From the NCBI GenBank assembly GCA_045640185.1, contig JAZUEN010000045.1, positions 1,088 to 65,087 on the forward strand: a stretch of DNA of 64,000 nucleotides, given 5' to 3'. The notes under the pieces were generated by a model. That model was given only the letters and a program-made list of their open reading frames with translations, searched no databases and was not told the DNA's origin. Shown piece by piece: positions 60,014-64,000 of this stretch; the stretch's first letter is position 1; each line of letters starts with the position of its first letter. The stretch comes from Bacteroidales bacterium. Its GTDB lineage: Bacteria; Bacteroidota; Bacteroidia; Bacteroidales; SZUA-534. The translations under genes were made by a program, and so were the position numbers.

Positions 60014-60704
60014 ACGGCTCGGCACTGATGCCCAACTCGCCACACAGGCGCGAGACAATCAAATCGGACTTCTTGACCGTGCGCAAAAGCCACGTGAGCA
60101 TCACCTCGTCGTGTTCGGCGGGCGAAAGATGCCAGTCGATGTCGGAATTGTGCAGACGCTCGACCAAATTGCCCAAAATTATGGCCACACTGACCGATAC
60201 GTTGAAACTCTCGGTGAAGCCGTACATCGGAATCCGCAGAAACTCATCGGCATTGTCGAGCACATCGGCGGTCAGGCCACGGCGCTCTGTGCCGAAAAAT
60301 AGCGCAAACTTGCCTTTTGCCAAATCGAAATCGGGCAAAAGCACATCGTTGGAATGTGGCGTTGTGGCAACAATACGATAGCCTGCCCTACGCAAATCGG
60401 CAATGGCATCGAGCGTCACGGTTGGACTTGCAGGATATTTTTTCACAGTCAGCCACTGGTCGGAACCCATAGCAATCTCGGGATTCACGCGGTACTGATT
60501 GTACTGCTCTATCACATTGACATTCTGTATTCCAAAGCAATCGCAAGTGCGCAATACGGCACTGGCGTTTTGTGGCTGGTAAAGATTCTCGACTGCGACA
60601 GTCAGATAACGCGTGCGGAGCGAAAGTATCGATTCGAGCAATGCGAGCCTCTGTGGCTCGAGCACGTCGGAAAGGCCTTTGATGATTTGTTTGCGGTAAT
60701 CCAT
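59970..60704 (-). CDS. trmH: SpoU/TrmH-family RNA 2'-O-methyltransferase
   Basis: NASAVLRTCDCFG, FGTERRGL, IPMYGFTESFNVSVS. Likely ATG at 60704. Confidence 0.85.
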   Translation of the reverse strand: MDYRKQIIKGLSDVLEPQRLALLESILSLRTRYLTVAVENLYQPQNASAVLRTCDCFGIQNVNVIEQYNQYRVNPEIAMGSDQWLTVKKYPASPTVTLDAIADLRRAGYRIVATTPHSNDVLLPDFDLAKGKFALFFGTERRGLTADVLDNADEFLRIPMYGFTESFNVSVSVAIILGNLVERLHNSDIDWHLSPAEHDEVMLTWLLRTVKKSDLIVSRLCGELGISAEPFTLSPTDVMFDHRY

Positions 60705-60796
60705 ATGCAAATGAACAAAAAACAAGCCCATTTGCCAAATCGGCGTGCAATCTTTTGGCTGTGGCAAGTTGCCGTGAATGGCGATAAAGCCAATGC

Positions 60797-60828
60797 AAAA
60801 AAAAAGCCGTCTGTTTGTGACGGCTTTT
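60797..60828 (-). terminator. Intrinsic terminator after DUF2795 gene
   Basis: aaaagccgtc / gacggctttt with an A9 tract on the + strand. Confidence 0.8.
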
Positions 60829-60836
60829 AAATTTCT

Positions 60837-61058
60837 TTAGTATTCATCTTCGTTGAAGAAGAAATCTTCTTTGCTTGGATAATCAGGCCAGATATCTTCG
60901 ATGCTGTCGTAAATATCGCCGTCATCTTCCATTTCCTGCAAGTTTTCAACAACTTCCATCGGTGCTCCGGAACGGATTGCGTAATCAATCAATTCTTCCT
61001 TTGTTGCAGGCCATGGTGCATCTTCCAACTTAGAAGCCAATTCAAGAGTCCAGTACAT
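60837..61058 (-). CDS. DUF2795 domain small acidic protein
   Basis: MYWTLELASKLEDAPWPATKEELIDYAIRSGAP...FFFNEDEY, a conserved Bacteroidota sequence. Confidence 0.9.
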   Translation of the reverse strand: MYWTLELASKLEDAPWPATKEELIDYAIRSGAPMEVVENLQEMEDDGDIYDSIEDIWPDYPSKEDFFFNEDEY

Positions 61059-61219
61059 AATTGTAGTTTTTTAAAATTCGCGCAAATATGAAAAAAATAT
61101 CTAATATGTATCGTTTTACATAACTTTTTTTACAAACAAGACAAAGCTCTGTAAGCAAACAAGTTAAAGCCAACACAGCGTTCAAAATACAGTAAAAGAC
61201 TGTTTTCTGTTAATATCTA

Positions 61220-62011
61220 TTAATACCGAAGACAGATTGTCTGATGCGACAACTGATGCCGAAAAAACAGCACTCCCATTGTGTAGAAATCCAACGATAG
61301 CGTAACTCTGCCATTGCCCCTGACCTCGTTCCAGGCCTGCTCCATTTCTGCGTTCTTGTGAATATCGTCGAACACAAAAACCGTATCGTTGTGCACGTAC
61401 GGAAGGCACTGGCAGAAATAGTCGATTGTCGGCTGACGCCTATGGTTTCCGTCGAAATAGACAAAATCGACTGACGGCATCTCAGCAAGCACTTGTGGCA
61501 GGGCTTCGGAAAATTCGGCATTCAGCTGTCTTATATTGCCAAAGCCGTAACTGCCGAAGGCACTCTGCGCCAACCGCGACAATTGCGGACAGCCTTCTAT
61601 TGTAACCACGCTCTGGCAATTGTCGGCCAACGAAAGATATATAGAGCCTATGCCAAGATTTGTGCCAAGTTCCAGAAAATTGCGGCTATGCATGCTGCTT
61701 GCCAAATTGCAAAGCAAGCGTCCGTCGCGTGCCGAAGCGGAGCTATGGCGGGCAATGTCGCAGATACGACGCCGGCCACCATTGCCAAACTGACTGCCCG
61801 AACCCAAATCGGTAACATCGACCATACGCTTGTCGGACAGCAGCTCCCGTCGGTACTGCTCAACCTTGGCCAGTTTTTCCGGGGCAATTGGCTTATGCAG
61901 CGAACCCGATATCAGCGAATACAGGAAAGGCGAATGTACACGATGCCCCTGCTTGGTGCGGGCGTGACATTGCCATTGCAAAAAGCTCCTTATGTCATAG
62001 CAGTTAAACAT
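61220..62011 (-). CDS. Class I SAM-dependent (O-)methyltransferase
   Basis: HRVHSPFLY, LELGTNLG, FDGNH, VFDDIH. Start uncertain (62011 or 62074). Confidence 0.85.
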   Translation of the reverse strand: MFNCYDIRSFLQWQCHARTKQGHRVHSPFLYSLISGSLHKPIAPEKLAKVEQYRRELLSDKRMVDVTDLGSGSQFGNGGRRRICDIARHSSASARDGRLLCNLASSMHSRNFLELGTNLGIGSIYLSLADNCQSVVTIEGCPQLSRLAQSAFGSYGFGNIRQLNAEFSEALPQVLAEMPSVDFVYFDGNHRRQPTIDYFCQCLPYVHNDTVFVFDDIHKNAEMEQAWNEVRGNGRVTLSLDFYTMGVLFFRHQLSHQTICLRY

Positions 62012-62091
62012 TGGCTGCAAAGAAAATACATAAACAGGTGGGTTCAACAAAAAAATGGTGATAAATTCGCCCAATTATTGAACACAAAGCA

Positions 62092-62568
62092 ATGAACAAG
62101 ACAAACGCCGCTCGCATATTGGACAAGGAAGGCATCAGCTACAGCCTTACGGAATACGAAGTTGACGAGAACGACTTGAGCGCCATACACGTCGCAGCCC
62201 AATTGGGGCAAGACATTGGCCAGGTATTCAAGACCTTGGTATTGCGTGGCGACAAGACTGGACTGTTCGTCTGCGTTATTCCGGGCGCCGAAGAAGTTGA
62301 CCTGAAAAAAGCCGCAAAGGCTTCGGGCAACAAAAGCGCCGCAATGATTCACGTAAAGGAACTTTTGGGCTACACTGGCTACATCAGGGGCGGTTGCTCT
62401 CCTATCGGGATGAAGAAGAAATATCCGACATACATTGACGAGCAATGCATTCTGTACGACGAGATTTACATTAGCGCAGGCGTTCGCGGAATGCAGATTA
62501 AGTTGGCGCCCGACGACCTGATACGCATTGCCGACTGCACGGTTTGCGAACTGACAATTGCCGAATAG
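62092..62568 (+). CDS. ybaK: Cys-tRNA(Pro) deacylase YbaK/EbsC
   Basis: KTNAARIL, VFKTLV, TGYIRGGCSPIGMKK, SAGVRG. Confidence 0.93.
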   Translation: MNKTNAARILDKEGISYSLTEYEVDENDLSAIHVAAQLGQDIGQVFKTLVLRGDKTGLFVCVIPGAEEVDLKKAAKASGNKSAAMIHVKELLGYTGYIRGGCSPIGMKKKYPTYIDEQCILYDEIYISAGVRGMQIKLAPDDLIRIADCTVCELTIAE

Positions 62569-62629
62569 CATTTCAGGCTTTCAGAATTCGCAATTGTGCA
62601 AGCCACCAAGCTTTTCATTCTGCACAATT

Positions 62630-63814
62630 TCATTCCAACTCTATCTTGTAGAAAAACGAGAAGTCACGCTCGGTCGTTGCCGACAATTTTTCCTGCATGG
62701 TTTTGTAAACTGACATTTGCATGGAATCGAGGCATTGGGCATGCCTGTCTAAAAACTTGTACGCATTACGATGCGCCTTCGCATACAGGTATTTCCCATC
62801 GCAATACAGCACTTGCGAGCAAAGCATCACTGCCCACACGTCAAGCGATGTGTCGTAATTATCCCTATTGTTGCCAATGCTATAAACATTATTGTTGCGT
62901 TTGTCTATCAGCACGCGATAACGCGTTGTTGGTCCTAGGTTATATACAAATGTCATGTAATTTTCAACTTCACCCAAGTCATAGAGCTGAATAGCGTTTT
63001 TATTCTCTTCTAATTCATTGACAAATTCAAACAAATCCCTAACATCTGATAATTTTTTTATTTTATCCTCTGGTATAGGTTTTGATGGAATAAAATGGTA
63101 CGTTTTCCCATTTGGGAAAGAATACAACCGATACGTAAATTGGTATATAAAATGCAAAGTATCGTTAAACACATACCTGTCAGGCGATGTGTTTGAAATA
63201 CCATAAGTAGCCAATGCTTTATATTCATTAGGAATTTTAAAATATGAACCTAAGACATTAAAGGAACTATCAAGTAAAGTCAGACAATGGTCTCTATCGT
63301 AGTATGTACCACGAAAATCGCAACATATATACCCATTATTTATTGGAAGTACGTATGATGAGCATGTTTCGGCGTTCAATATGCCGCAAAAATCTCCAAA
63401 ACAATTATATGACAACAACCTGCCTTGAGCATTGATTACGATATTGTCGCCAGATGTGAAATAACTATTGGCTTGAGCACATTCGCCATGTCCACGACCT
63501 TGGACGCTTCTTGAAAACATCAACTTGCCAGTTGCCTTTTCATAGCACGTCAATTGCAGCCCTTTGCTTATGAAGTAGTAGTAGTTGTCGCTCACTCGCA
63601 AATCGGACACATCGGTGTACACATAGTTGCTATCCATCTGCAGATTAATTATTTCAACATTCTTGATGTGCTTTACGAATTCGCTTTCGTCGGCATTTTT
63701 TTCTGGCAAGATTATATCTATTTCATTATCGGCACTGTAGCTATTGTTGCAACTGTTGCAACTTAAAGCCATTAGTGAAACCATGATCAGACATACAATT
63801 GTTAAACTTTTCAT
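62630..63814 (-). CDS. 6-bladed beta-propeller lipoprotein (DUF4934/BF3164-like)
   Basis: Lipobox LSC; IKNVEIINLQ; QGRGHGE motif. Confidence 0.75.
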   Translation of the reverse strand: MKSLTIVCLIMVSLMALSCNSCNNSYSADNEIDIILPEKNADESEFVKHIKNVEIINLQMDSNYVYTDVSDLRVSDNYYYFISKGLQLTCYEKATGKLMFSRSVQGRGHGECAQANSYFTSGDNIVINAQGRLLSYNCFGDFCGILNAETCSSYVLPINNGYICCDFRGTYYDRDHCLTLLDSSFNVLGSYFKIPNEYKALATYGISNTSPDRYVFNDTLHFIYQFTYRLYSFPNGKTYHFIPSKPIPEDKIKKLSDVRDLFEFVNELEENKNAIQLYDLGEVENYMTFVYNLGPTTRYRVLIDKRNNNVYSIGNNRDNYDTSLDVWAVMLCSQVLYCDGKYLYAKAHRNAYKFLDRHAQCLDSMQMSVYKTMQEKLSATTERDFSFFYKIELE

Positions 63815-63860
63815 TTTGTAGTGTTTTCAATAAAACAGCAATACGTATCAATACCGGAGG

Positions 63861-64000
63861 TTATTGTGCAGGAGTGTAGTTGTCTTTCAGCTTTATCTCA
63901 ACCACCACAGGGTTGTCGTCTTCCTTAAGACCTGGCAACACGTTCATTAGTTTATTGGCTGGTATGGCGGTTATCAGTGTGTTGCCATGCTGAACTTGTT
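63861..64000 (-). CDS. C-terminus of another probable 6-bladed beta-propeller protein (truncated by window edge)
   Basis: Open frame ...NVLPGLKEDDNPVVVEIKLKDNYTPAQ*. EDDNPV is the typical terminal motif of this family. Confidence 0.6.
   Translation of the reverse strand, partial: QVQHGNTLITAIPANKLMNVLPGLKEDDNPVVVEIKLKDNYTPAQ

Overview
64-kb chromosomal segment of a Bacteroidota bacterium, probably order Bacteroidales. This is inferred from TAnnTTTG promoters, T9SS-type C-terminal domains, a GT3/GH57 glycogen cluster and DUF2795. Most genes are housekeeping or metabolic: acyl-CoA dehydrogenase, S9 peptidase, DASS transporter, RelA/SpoT homologue, glycogen operon, pepD-cdd-LacI, htpG, TrmH-family methylase and ybaK. 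Accessory modules are interspersed. (1) A type III restriction-modification/DUF1016 island whose mod-res leader folds into a terminator/antiterminator switch. (2) A three-gene operon resembling a chaperone-usher-type pilus: two pilin-like subunits plus a 1178-aa usher-like protein fused to an OmpA peptidoglycan-binding domain. (3) A reduced type II FAS/aryl-polyene-like cluster. (4) An unannotated 35-aa basic ORF with a strong Shine-Dalgarno sequence. (5) An integrase-free ~1.7-kb cassette at the htpG 3' end, bounded by a duplicated htpG end plus terminator, carrying an AAA+/PD-(D/E)XK protein preceded by five perfect 14-mers at exact 33-bp spacing. I found no tRNA, rRNA, cas gene, integrase or transposase. 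All family calls come from motif recognition by eye, not database searches.
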